From Microthyrium microscopicum (taxonomy: Eukaryota): a DNA stretch of 64,000 nucleotides. Positions within the stretch are counted from its first letter, which is position 1; the number at the start of each line of letters is the position of its first letter. This document shows positions 44,918 through 57,728 of the stretch, piece after piece. The position numbers were made by a program, and so were the translations under genes. The notes below the pieces were generated by a model. The model was not told the origin of the DNA. It searched no databases and worked only from the letters and a program-made list of their open reading frames with translations. The stretch lies in NCBI GenBank assembly GCA_010405405.1, contig MU004230.1:1460627-1524626 (forward strand), written 5' to 3'.

Positions 44918-46804
44918 CTATTTACTAGTTTTACTAGCTGTAGTGGTTGGTCGTAGTTCTTCGTCAGACTTCCTTGCCTGGTGCTGAAATCCTTGGTCCG
45001 TTTCCAACTCGCGATCCAGCGGAAATCCTTCTGTCCATGCACTGCTCACCATCGCTACCGCTGCGAGCGCTGTGCACATGATGAATATTGCCCGTAACGC
45101 TGCCATGTAGCTCTCGAGCAATTGTGTCTTCTCCAGCGATGCTGGCATGTGCTTGATGATTTGCACTAGCGCACTGGAATCTTTTGAATATTCAAGAGCG
45201 CGGGGCGCAAAGTAGGGGATGGCTTCCAGTTTCCTTCTGAGCACGTTTTGAAAGACGACACCGCCAATGGCGACGCCGACAGTTTGACCAAAGGAGCGGA
45301 AAAAGGCGAAGAGAATGACGGCGTAGGCCATGTTTTTGTTGCTCGAGGACGCTTGTACAGCGAGAGACATTGCTGCAAAGAGAAACCCGCACCCGACGCC
45401 GCCGACGATGTTGAGGCAGATCCAGGTAGGTGTGGTGGTGTTGATGTCTAGGAAGATGAGGATGCCCATGCCGACGGTGGTGAGAAACCAGCCTGACCAG
45501 ACAGCCCAGCGGTATCGTCCAAGCTATGCGAGGGTTAGTCTTATTCTGAGATGGAGAGTTGGGTTCGCGTACCATTGCTGCGACTACTCCAGTGACGACA
45601 GATGCTGGAGCTACTGTAAATGTCTGTGGGAAAAGTGATACACCGGCAAGAATTGGTGTGAATCCTTTTACAGCTTCGTAATAAAATGGCATATAGTAAA
45701 GAAGACACCATAATAAAAGTCCATCTAGATTCCCGGGTCAGTATACGATTGTCAAAATAAACATTGGTTTCACTTACGTATAAATGTTGCGAAGTACGTT
45801 ACAGATCCAGTTCGTGTCTTGATCACTTCGAATTGAATTAGCGGTTCGGCTCCCGTCGACGAAAGCCACTCCTCGTAAACGACAAAAACAATCAACCCAA
45901 TTCCACATGTTATCAGAGGAACAAGCGTCCTCCATGACATCCAGTCATACATAACTCCACCCCAGCTCAATGGAACCAGAAATCCAGTGAGTGATGCAAT
46001 GAAGAGGGTAGTTCCAATCCAGTCGACTCGACATAATTTCGACCAGAATGCAGTATTATGGTAGTTGAGCCGAAGGAAGAGAATGATGAGAACAGCACCC
46101 AGTCCAACAAATGGCAGGTTGACCCAGAATATCCATCGCCAATTAACCTTTTGCGAAAATCCTCCTCCTAGAAGTGGTCCAGTTACCGTTCCGACAGCCC
46201 AAGCCCCTGACAGAAAAGAGAACCAGTTGCCTCGATATTTCAGCGGTACCATATCCGTTATCAACACTTCTGTAAGTGCAAGTATTCCACCTCCTCCAAC
46301 TCCTTGGATTGACCGACCGATTAGAATAATGGTAAAGTTGTTGGCCACTGCTGCTACGATCGCGCCCGCTGCGAAGAAAACTAGACTGACGTATATCATG
46401 GCTTTCCGGCCGAATATCGAGCTGAATGAACCGATGACTGGCTGAAAGACCGTACTTGTGAGCAAAAACGACGTGCCGCTCCAAAAAGCTTGTATTGCCG
46501 TTCCATTGAGTTTCTGCGCGATAATTGGCAATGCCACCGACAACGACGTAGCATCCAGAGCCACCATCAAAGTAATCGTCGTTAACGACTATTTGCACAT
46601 CGTGTCAGCTTCAACATCTCTAGGGCAGAAAAGAATCTGTCTGCAACTCACCAGAAATGCCAGATAGAACCGCCAACCAGGATTGAATTCTTCAGGCTCC
46701 TGCCGCCTCGCCAGCGACTCCTCGCTGTGTTGCGCGAGCCTATCCCCATCGTGCGAGTGCAACTCGATCGACTTGTCGTCATACTCAGTAGGCGGTTTAG
46801 CCAT
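44918..46804 (-). CDS. MFS transporter, drug:H+ antiporter (DHA2/14-TMS type)
   Basis: Exons 46804-46652, 46588-45778, 45724-45573, 45523-44918. ALDATSLSVALP, IFGRK, GRSIQGVGGGG, GPLLGGGF, WRWIFWVNLP, VDWIG, FFRSFGQTVGVAIGG. Confidence 0.9.
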
Positions 46805-48122
46805 TGCTGATGGGAGAGAACTGGGGAGGGAGGGGTACGGGGGAATTTGGGACTAGATGATTATATTATACGACCAGGCACAAACGCAGGGGAATCTGGA
46901 GATTAGGGAGTCGGTCCAGGTTCAATGCGCGCTTGGAGGACTGGATGTCCTGGTTGCGGAAATTGAGGTACATTAATATATTTAGATGAAGGGCAATGCT
47001 TGCCAGCCAAGCATAGAAATAGACGCATTGCGATGGTCATTTTTGGATTTTGCCGCTTCCAAGAGGTTATGAGCTGAAGTCCAGAGTTTGAAGATATTGT
47101 TTTGTCGTGCTGCGGCTTGCATTAGGTTGCAGTAGATGGTCGTTGAAGCCAGGCAGTATGGTGGTAAAAGTTCACGATATGCACAGCTCGGCTAAAGCTG
47201 GAGCCTCAGCTGAAGTTCAGCCGCCACAAAGATCGCCAATGAAATGCATCATAATGACAATGGCATATTTTAGCATTTGTACCAAAGTGATTAGTGTGCG
47301 TCTTGAAGACGTGTCTGGAGACGAATCGCTGTCAGGGCTGCTTGTAGTGTTCTGCAATGAGCAGGTCGGAACCCTTCCGGATCGCCTCCTTGTGAGCAGC
47401 CAAGTAGCTTTTGAGACATAGGATTATTTTGGAAGGCGAAGGATAAGTTGAGCCTGTAATGGGAACGATTGCGAGGAAATTGGGTAAATCTAGAAAACGT
47501 GTTGTAGATTCGGTGCGATCTACTTGAAAACACCTCCGTGGTCTCGGGAAACGACCAATCTTGGCGGGAAATTCGTAGACAGCAAGGATATGAATACGCT
47601 CGGAGGAGCCCATAAACCAGGTCTACTATTGGTCGAACATACTATAACTGTCAGCTATATCGTACCCGAGCGCTGCGGTACCTTACCAGATTAGAAGCGT
47701 CGACATGATAGATATTCCCGCTTGTTGCATCGTTGGAAGCAGGATCTCTTGATATGTTAGCTGCAAGTTTAGCCGAGTATACCGTAGTAAGGAATCCATC
47801 TAGATACCCAAAGGAGTGGATAGATTTGGGTTTGAGCACAAACAAGGAAGCTAGTTGAAAGTAGTAAACAAAGCCCATGTGATAATTAAATGTCTTGGTG
47901 CTTACTTCACATAATAGGTACAAGCTGGGGTTCTTTTCGACCTCGAATATCCCTAACGCTCGAATAAAAGCATGCATGAAAGGACTCAAATGCCTTACTT
48001 CCTGACAACGCTATGCCTTGAATCATGAAAGATACGCATAAACACAACAAATGGAAACGGGCTGCTCAAATGGCCAGTATACCAGATAGTTACAAAATAT
48101 TATATACAGCAGAAAGTTGCTA

Positions 48123-51100
48123 CTATTGAAAACCAAAGGGATTGTCCGGGGCTACCAGAGGGTTAGATTCATACAGGACTGAGAGCGTAACAACTTACTG
48201 GCTGATGAGAGATTCGCTCTCTTTCCAGTGGGTTGAGGAGCCAATCTCTTCACGGCAGGGTTTACGCCAAATCGAACTGGTGGCGGAGGTCCTGTTCTCT
48301 GAGGCACGAGTGGTGCTGGGGCAGACTGTGGGATTGGAGGTACTGGGGGTAAGTTTCCGGGTCCAAAGTTCACTGGTGGAGCACCAGTTCGCTGGGGCAT
48401 CAATGGGGATGGCAAGAAAGCATTGATACCCGTCGCTTGCGGTTGTAGAGGCTGATAAGCAGCAACTGGTGGATCAGCAAAGGGTGATCCATTTTGTTGG
48501 CCATTCATAAGCTGTTGTTGAAATTGAGGTTGGAAACCGGTTTGTTGTGGCTGTTGGAATTGGCCGTATTGCATACCTTGTTGCTGGAATTGAGGATAAC
48601 CAGTTTGCTGTGGCATCATCCCGTTTTGCATTGGATTGAAGCCAGTCATCTGGGGTTGGAAGCCCGTGGCTTGTGGCATTAGACCTTGTTGCTGGTATCC
48701 TTGTTGCTGGAGATTCGGGCCTTGAGGAGACATCTGGTTTTGCATCATTTGACCAGGGTATCCGGTCAACTGTGCCTGAAGCGGTGGTGGCTGGAATGCG
48801 CTTTGTTGATTCTGGGGGGCTGAAGCTGCTCGCATTGGCGGCGGTGTCATAAGTGAATTTGAGTTGGTTTGCATTGGAGCAAGAGGTCGCTGTCTTGGTG
48901 GATTGAGACTTTGTTGATTTGCTGGCGATTTGGCCAACTGCTCAAACAGTGATGGGGTTGCTCCTGGAGGCTGCGTTGGCTGAGCTGCTGGAGAAGACTG
49001 TTCTTGTTGGACAGGTGCTGGCTGTGGTGCTGGTGTCGGTTGCATTGGTGGAGTATCCAGACTTAGTCCAGACAGTTCAGTGAGCGCATTCGAAACAGGC
49101 GGTGATGCAACTGGTGCTGGCACTTGTGCTGAGGCAGACACTGGCGGAGGAGCGGCTTTGGCACCGCGTACCTCCCACGCATTATCTTCAAAGCCATCAA
49201 CGAGCTTCTTTTGACTTGGCTCCCCGGGAGTAGAGGCTGAAGCGGGGCTTTGGCTTGCCTCGCCAGTCTTTGGTTTCAGTGCATCAGCATCAACGGTATC
49301 TCTTGCTGGGTTGGAAGGAGTTGGCCGTCTGTTGTTTCGAAGAGCGCCGCCTTCCTTGGTGAACAAGCCGGCAGCACCAGTAGCATCTGAGGGAGATGCA
49401 GCCGCTCTCGTTCTGCCATACTTGCTGTCTAGGTACTTCATTACTCGTAATATATCGCCCTCTTTGATGCCAAGTTTTCTGAGAAGCTCCGGGGTCACGT
49501 CCGGCATATTCTCTTCACCCATTTCGTCTCTCTTAAACGCCTGGGCATAGCGTTCGCAGACTTGATAATTGACGCCACACTGGAGGAAGAAATCGAACCA
49601 GTCGTAGTCTGGTTTCTTCTCGACAGAGGCTCCTGCTCCAGGATCCTTCTGTGATCGTTTGCGTTTGACATCAGCGAGCGACCTTTCATCATCGAGAGAT
49701 TGTCCAGTAGCTTTCTCAACGTAATCCAAATCCACCGGAGACATTTTCTGGACGGGGACTGCTATCTTGACTCCGTTGATCTTGTGTAAGTGTATTTTAC
49801 TATCCTTGAGACCGATGAACTCCGCTTCAACTTTAAATGTGCCACTCTTATCAGTCCATGTCCGGACTTTTCTTGAATCAGGCACTAGAATCGTTAGTTA
49901 TTCTTGTTCAAAAAGAATAGAAAGAAACATACTTGAGCGCTTTGATGAGGATTTCGAGTTAGTGTCTTTGCGAGATGGTGGCATGTCTGAAAGGCTACTC
50001 CCTCGTTCGGGTAGTTTATATCCAGGTCCGACTTCATCTTTTCTGGACGCTTCTCTTGCAAGTCGTTGCTCCTCCAGCCTATTCTGCTCTACAAAGGACG
50101 ACTTGCCATTGCTTGAACTTGCGCTTCTTCCTGCAGTTTGAGCTGTAGTAATTGTCCCAGTTACCTCGACATAACTGCTTGGAACCATTCCCTCCTTGCC
50201 ATTTTTGCTTCTTTTTACGAGCCACCAATCTTCGCTCTTTGTGTCATCCAATACGATGACTTCTTCATCAGTTTTGACGGACACTTCATCAGACGCGTTT
50301 GCTTTGAAATCATACAAAATCTTTCCCAGCTTCTGTGCGCCAGGACCAGTAGCAAATATGTCTCGTAGTCCTTCAGCTTTGACAGCGCCAGCCAGCTCTC
50401 CTAATGCACTGACTATTTCTTGCGCTGTTTCTTTGGCACCAGCGTGAAAATCAACACTCTTGGTTGGGCGAATTAGTTCCATGAAGACGTGCTTGCCTTC
50501 TATTGAGTAGTTGGTGAGTTTATCAGCAGACCACTCTTTGGATTCCTTGGATTCGCCCGAAGAGATCATAATCACTCCTTTCGCAAGGTCAATACCGAGG
50601 GTTATTGGTGTTTTTCGGCTTCTTCCTAGAGCCTCTACAATTTCGTAGATGTTGTATAGCCGGAATCCACCACGCGACATGGCTCGATTATCGTCAAAGC
50701 CCATTGATACCGCGCGGTTATGCGGAGGTGATGGCAGTACACCTTCACTACTTGCTGGCGACATCGGTTCCCTTATTGTAACGTGTTTCGACGGTCGACT
50801 TTCGCGCGACACGGCAGGAATGGAGGGAATGGCTGGGGAGGAGGGTTCCGCTGGACCAGTAGGTCGTCGAGGCAATCTTGGTGCTGGGGCTTCTTCATCT
50901 GATTCTTCTGGACTAAATTGGACATGTTTTCGAGGAGGTAGAGGCTCACGTGGCGGAGAGGGATTTCTTCGAGATGCGGATGAGGACCCATTTGCTCTTG
51001 CTCCAATTATTCCCGCAAGAGCCGCAGCTGGGCTTGTCACGGATTGCATAGGACTCTCAGGTGGACTAGGCGAAGGAGCTCGAATTGTGAGGGGTGCACG

Positions 51101-51541
51101 CTGTGATTCAGGGGCTGGTCTGGCATCCGACACTGCACGAGGTCTAGTTGGCATCGGTGGTGGAGCTTCTTCGAGTTCAATGTAGTTTGCTGGAACAAAT
51201 CCATATTCCCCTCTGACGCCAACTAGTGTCCAGTCTTCATCAGACGTGTCGAATACTTCCAACACCGCATCTTCCGCAAATGAGAGCTCCTCGTCCGTTT
51301 GTCTTGTGTATTCGTACAACGCTCTGGCTTTTCCAATGGCTTTGGTCTCTTCGAGATAATTTTCTGGCACTAGACCCTCTGGTTCATCTTCTTCATCAGA
51401 TTGTGCCTTTTTCTTTACCTTCCACCAGCCATCGTCGCCTTTTTCGACAATGCAAAGCAGATCGCCATCCTTGACGGTAAGCTCGTTGTCGTCTTGGGGC
51501 GCGTAGTCATATACTGCGCGATATACACCTATAAAGACCAT
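48123..51541 (-). CDS. SLA1: Endocytic adaptor Sla1 (3 SH3, SHD1, SHD2, C-terminal QxTG repeats, NPF)
   Basis: Exons 51541-49933, 49884-48199, 48151-48123. SH3 motifs AVYDY, ALYEY, ILYDF; SHD1 RTWTDKSGTFKVEAEF; YDWFDFFL...LGIKEGDILRV; ends ANLSSATPDNPFGFQ*. Confidence 0.94.
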
Positions 51542-52382
51542 ATTGGAGCCAATGGGTCACTGTGTATGTTATATCAGGACAAGGGGTGTCGGGGAAGCGT
51601 CTGGCTAGCTGAAAGTGGACCGTGGCCGCGGGTTCCGAGTGTCGGGTTGCCTGGCTGGTAAGGTAAATTGACGTTAAGGAGGTGAGCCGTGGTCAGTGCG
51701 AGTATCCAGGGAGGGACCGAAGAGTAAATGTTGTAAGCTCGGTGAAGTGAGCAGACAAACTCGAAACGAGTTGAGCCAGGAATGACACGGCGTTGAGGAG
51801 CCAACTTTGGAGGTTGGAGGTCAAGGTTGTGAGATGGGTTGGGAGATGCTGCAGGTGTCGCTGTTCTTGGCAGCCACGGGCCACTGGCTCCTTCCTGTGC
51901 TTCCAGTCTCCAAAGCTTAACCATGCATGCCATGCTCTATTTTATTTTTGGGACAGTTTAAATCTAACTTCATATGACGTTTACAGGTTTGCTTCAGAAA
52001 TAGGTTCATAGGTACAATTACATGCGGCTGATATGCTTCCAAATTTGTATGGCAGTACTCTGCGATAAATACTCTGGCGCGACATCAATTGTTCGTTATC
52101 ATCACAAATATGGAAATGAAGAGTACGAAAAGTACGAGATAAAGCCTCGACAATAAATTGGCGATCAACTAAACAATGGCAGGCGTAAAAGCAAGCGATT
52201 TGCGTCTTCCCTTTGCGGTTCTCCATAACCAAGTCTTCTCCAAATCTTTACATACATAGCAGGCGACCGTTAAATCGGGGCGGTAAATGACTAAAAGTCC
52301 AAATCAATTCCAACTCCGTTATAATACGCAAACGTTGTGCGGCAGATGTGCGTTCAGTGACGATTTATCGTTCGAAGTTCGT

Positions 52383-52848
52383 TTAACAACCTTCACAGCA
52401 TTCGACACAGTCTAAACAGATATTAGAATGTCCAGCAAAAACCAACTTCGTTAAAACTTACCAGCACAGCATTCACAGCCCTCTTCGCAAACGAAACAAC
52501 AGCATAGACATGCGAGTCTACATAGTGTGTCAGTCTCGATGTTATGTCGAGTATAAAGTCAGCTACTCACAGTGAGCCAAGGCATCCTTTTCCTCCAGAT
52601 GACTTTTGCTTTGGGACTGGCCCTTGCTGATAGTTCATTTGCTGTTGCTGCGGGTAGTTCTGGGAAGGATACTGTCCCTGCGGTTGGGGAGGTCCATATT
52701 GAGCTTGATATTGGCCTTGCGGGGGATAGCTGTAAGATGATTAGAACGGTGAGTCGGTTCCAATTGATGTTGTCGCTCACGCTTGCTGGGGATAGTGAGG
52801 CTGTTGCCCAGGTGGTGGGCCTTGGTTATAATAATCTCCGGACGACAT
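52383..52848 (-). CDS. Small Pro/Gln/Tyr-rich protein with a Cys-rich tail (CYSTM-like), 4 exons
   Basis: Exons 52848-52781, 52729-52571, 52517-52462, 52411-52383. MSSGDYYNQGPPPG...KSSGGKGCLGSLLACLCCCFVCEEGCECCADCVECCEGC*. Confidence 0.85.
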
Positions 52849-55516
52849 TGAAGGAATGCGCTGAAAGGCGGTGTATGTATGAAAGGTAATCTGATGTACC
52901 TGAGACGCGATTGAAAGTACTAATAATCTACAAGATGTACAAGATGTATAAGATGATGTAAGAAACAAAAACGTCGAAGAGGAGGAGGCGGCAAGGATGG
53001 GGACTGAGATCAGAATGCAAAACCAGTGGCGGCGGCGGTTGGAGTACTTTTGACGGGAAGAGCAGCAGACAGTGGCTTTATCTTGCGACAAGCGGAGCTG
53101 AATGGGTCAATGACTTAACGCGAAAAGAGGCAGGGGATTACTGGCCGGGTTCCAGCCGCAGATGTGGCCGCTCTAACTTCTAAACCTCTCCACCCTCCGT
53201 TACATCCATCCATGAACACGGTCACGTTGTGTCCTATTTGAATCAAGTTTCCTCTGAGCACTCCTGATTTGCCTCAGTCTTAGTCGGCTCGCGCTAGCTG
53301 TGCGCCATCGCTCTCATCCACGTATGAGTTGCGACATGTTTGACAGGGCTTCATCCATCCACACGACTACAGCCTCCGCACGTCTCTTTAGCACGAGCGA
53401 TTGTTCTAGCAGTGTTGAATAAATCTACTCTCAAGCACTACAAGGCATTCCAACGGTACCCTTGAGACTTAACCATGCCACGCGGCAGGCTGGAGCTTAA
53501 ATGGCTCAGTCTCATTGGCTGATCAATATATGGCAGACCAACTCTCCAACTGCAATATAAATGAACAGGCTTGCCGTCTTGCGTTTGCTGTCATACTTGC
53601 AAAAAGGTAGCATGGCTTTTTGCTCGAGGAAAATGCACTGCCACAGCTCTAGTACGAGTCGTCAACGACATCTAGTTGCCATTCGGTTGGGCATGTGCAA
53701 GTGGTCTATTGTGATCTAGATCTTCATACTACCTGGTAGTGTGCTCATGTTTTCTAATTCACAACACCATCTGCATGCCCAAGCAAGCATTGCAGCGCCT
53801 CAAAATTGAGATCAAGTTCACGAGAACCACCATCAAACACATCACCATTCAATATGCTGTGGATCTAAAGCTACATATACTTACAGTTGGGACTCGGAAG
53901 ACATTATCGGTCTGCTTGTTTGAGTTGCCTCCGTTAGACTTACCGACATATAACAAAGCAGATTTTGTTGCCTCAATATATGGGCCGGGATCCTATCGTA
54001 CCTACCCGGATATGTATCTGTCCCTGATGATGAGAATTTGTCGCCCAGCAAGTCTTCCAACCGACATGTTGGACTTCCTGCCACATGCGTCGATCGCAAC
54101 TCTGGCTCTGGCTGATTATCACTAATTCTGCTTCCTTTGTTGGATGAGCCGAACGGGCGGTCTTGCAGTGGCTTTTGCTATGGTAATCAAGCATTCATCA
54201 AGGTCGAGTAGTGTCAGACAGATCGCAGCACAGCACAGATGATATTGTCCATATGCCGATAATCTCCTACCACAGAAAACGATATGAGCTTCGGAGCTTG
54301 GATCTCATTCCATCGCATGGCAGAATCTATATCTTCTCTTCTTCAGTACGTGTATAAGAAAGGATCAAATCAACGCTCATTGAGCTGCAATTATTGACGG
54401 ACTGTTAGGTTTTATCGATGGATTACACACCCGCTGACTCGATCAGTCTTCCTATCATACTGAATAACTTTTCTTGCTTACATCTTGTATTATAAGCTGA
54501 TGGTTATGCTGGAACTATGGTACTAGATCTGGCGCTGAAACTGTGTATGGCAGTATATCTCTATGACACCTGGCAGATATTATACCTCTTCACAATCTTC
54601 ACTTTTGCCTACCACGGACGCTGGGCATTCTTGTCATATGTATTGGCTATAGGCAACAGTTGAAATATATGTAACTATACTTGTGTAAACAGCTACTATA
54701 AGGCTACCTAAAACATTGCAGACCTGCATAAAGAATCTGGTATATCTATCCATAATATTAGCCTAAGATTCAAGTAGCAATTGACGTGATTGGCAGATTA
54801 TGGACCATTTGTATGAAATAGCCAGTGGTTTAAGTTATGTTACTCTATTCTCTCGAAGTTTCCCACTATCATATGTGCAGTGCATCTGTAGAAGTTTGAG
54901 CAAGGCTGAAGAATCGTGATGATTACAGGATATGATTGGTCAACTACCTACTGAACTACGGCCCGTTCGGCAACTTATTTAGCGCCCGCTTGCCGCCAGC
55001 CTTATAGCACACCCAAATAGTTGACATAATAAATGGCACGCTCCTATCATATACGGAGGCTACCATTTGCTCTGCTTTGTATTCGAGTACTTAGGTTCCT
55101 CTTAAAATATTGACCGTTGGTTCTCCGTTAAATGCGCTAGGAATTAAGTCGCTGTGGCGTTATAGAGTGCGATGCAGACATCGTAGTTAATGGGAGTGCG
55201 CCATTTATCTTTTGTCCGGTTGTACATCGTAGTCGGATTTCACTGCCTATTTGGTATCACGACTTAAGTCTCCGAGAATTCCGCATACATTGATCTTTCG
55301 TAGTTTCATGATGAACTTGAGAGACTCAAAACTACGGGCAACCGCCAGCATAGCAACAGCTGGACCTAGCAATACATCTGGTTTGGACGGTTACGAGTAG
55401 TATGACTCGGAGTATGAGTTGGCCTCGAACGAAGAAGAGCTAGACGAATATCTTAATCAGCTGCCATGCAGGATCGATTTGCTTGAAGATACCCGAATTC
55501 GTACGAGCGCATAACA

Positions 55517-57478
55517 TCAATCTTCATCCCCTTCGTCATCGTCATCGTTAACGGCATACGCGCTCACCACATCAAATCGGTCGCCTGGTGCCGAAGCACT
55601 AACATACTTAACAAATCTCAGCAGGCCCCGATCTCTTAACACCACGCTCAGCGAATTCCAACTGGCTGGCATACTGAACAATACCCCATCATCTTCCTCT
55701 CCTTCGCTTGCGCGGTAAACTGCTGGGTCTGCCTTGTGCGACTTGCCTCTGTGACCAGTGCCCGTGTAGCTTGCTTCGGCTCCGCCCTCGCCGCCCTCAG
55801 GCTCATCATCATCTTCGCCAACCATATATACTTCATACCCGCCTACTGTTTCTTCGTCCTTGGACTCTGCGGGTGGTGGTGCATCGGCCGGAATACCATC
55901 CTCCTCATCACTGTCATCTGCACCTAAGCCATCGCCACCCCAGCCTTCAGTCGGCGTGAGACCTAGGGCTAGTTCGAGTTGAGGCGAATCTTCATCGTAG
56001 CCTGACGCCAGGGTGTAGTCGTGACCGCGCCGGAAGCGACGAGCTAGGATGTCGCATTGCTGCAGATCTAGACCGGTAAAGAGATGTAACCAGCGCGTAA
56101 ACAGTGGTGAAGGGAAGAGGGTGTCAAGGAGTAAATCTAGCGGCGACGCAGCCTTTGTGTCTGATGGCGGTGAAGTTGTGGCATGACGGAATAAGAAGCG
56201 GTGTTTGTGAGGTGGGCGCGCAATGTCTCTGTCGTTCGATGCGCCTCCTAGCGCTTGTGGGAGGGACGATTCAGCGGTGTCAAGTGACGTTATGTATTCT
56301 TTGAGTCTTGCGGCGAATTTCGGGTGGAGAAAGTCTGTGAGTGTTGCGACGGAGTTTTCACGGAATGTTTCAGAGAGCTCTTCGAGGGCGTCGGGGACAA
56401 GGTAGCCTGGGTTGATGTATTGAACTAAGAAACCGAGTTCGTCTTCCGTCCAGTCCAGATCGTTGTCGGGGTCTTCTTCGGGTTTCTCGATAGGTCGCCA
56501 GCGGGTTTCGGGGAGGTCAAATTGGTCGGCTTTGCTTTGTTGGAGTTGAGTGAGAGAGCTCTTCTCCGCGAGCTTTTCTTCGAGACCTTCTTCATAGCCA
56601 TCTTCGCCTTCTTGAGGGATGTGGAACCAGCCGCTGATGGCCATTCGTAAACGGCCGCCGTCTGTGCTATCGTCACCTTGGCCGGCTTTTCTGGCGTAGA
56701 CTTCTTCAACGTCATGGAAACTGAGACCTGGTTGGATGGTGAAAAAACTGAGCTGGTTCCAGGACGGCGGTATTGACTTCGAGAACTCAGCACTTGGTAC
56801 GACTACTTCTGTGCCATCCTCGCCTTTCATGGTCGTTGTCGGATACAATCGTAATGCTCCACCCCACTCGGCCTGCCAAGGTTTATCGGGATCTGTAAGA
56901 TAGAGGATATAACTCAGTCGCCGACTTCCAATCACATCATCATGGCAAAGAAGATGACATCCGGGCGTGTATACATTGATAGCCATGTCCGTCTTCTTTC
57001 CGCTCAATGGTCCTGAGTTTCCCACATGTGCAATCCACTCGCGAAAGGTCTTGGAGTATAGCGCGTCGCGGAGTTTGAGTAGAGAAGGAAGTCGCGATAA
57101 GAGTTTATCATCCAGTCCATCAAGATTGGCGAGATCGCCAGACTGATGAATCTTGTAAATGTCTGTTTCTTTAGGGGTAAAGTTGATCTGGTCGAGGACT
57201 TCGGATCGAACTGCGCGGAGGAGGGAGTCGTTCATGAGGTCTCGAATGACACCATGCTTATATCTACCAAAAAACTATCAATATGACAATCCAACTACTA
57301 AAGTGCCTGCTTAGCCAACTTACGGCGCAGACTCAGCATAGCTGTCGGTATATCCGTCCAGCACAGCTTCTTCAAAAAGGCCCTGCCGAAAGTCGTCTTT
57401 CACCTGGCTCTCGCCAGTTGCTCTGCGTTTACCGGAAGCCCCATTCGCCTCGATTTGGTCATCCCCTTTTCGTTTCAT
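55517..57478 (-). CDS. TPA1: Prolyl 3,4-dihydroxylase Tpa1/Ofd1 (2OG-Fe(II) oxygenase; OGFOD1 family)
   Basis: Exons 57478-57324 and 57263-55517. PYKHGVI, KETDIYKIHQSGDLANLDGL, HxD motif LLCHDDVIG, SFHDVEEV, RMAISGWFH; C-terminal domain ARRFRRGHDYTLA and LRFVKYVS. Confidence 0.93.
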
Positions 57479-57728
57479 GGCTGGGCACGATTTGTAGCTT
57501 CAATTGGCGGACAAGTGGACGACAAGTTCAAAAAAAAGTTCCATGTTGCATGTGGGTAGAGCTGAAGCTTGGGCCCTTTGGCGGCCTGTGGTCGATCTTC
57601 AGCCTTATGTCAATGACGCTACGGTTTTGAGTCTGTATATATTTCTAGACAGGAAGTTTATCCTTGAATTTTCGTTCCTCAAGCCGTTCCTGATCTGCAC
57701 AAACCATTTCTGTTCTGCACAACCGACC

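Noticed and set aside
37389..46804. LanC-like gene, Zn2Cys6 factor and MFS transporter as a RiPP or secondary-metabolite cluster
   Set aside because: No precursor, dehydratase or backbone synthase; the transcription factor looks like the conserved TamA/Dal81 regulator; 3 kb of non-coding DNA separates the MFS gene.
3115..51541. Apparent grouping of autophagy, trafficking and polarity genes (NBR1, ATG14, ERV46, RAX2, SLA1)
   Set aside because: They are spread over 48 kb among unrelated genes, compatible with chance.
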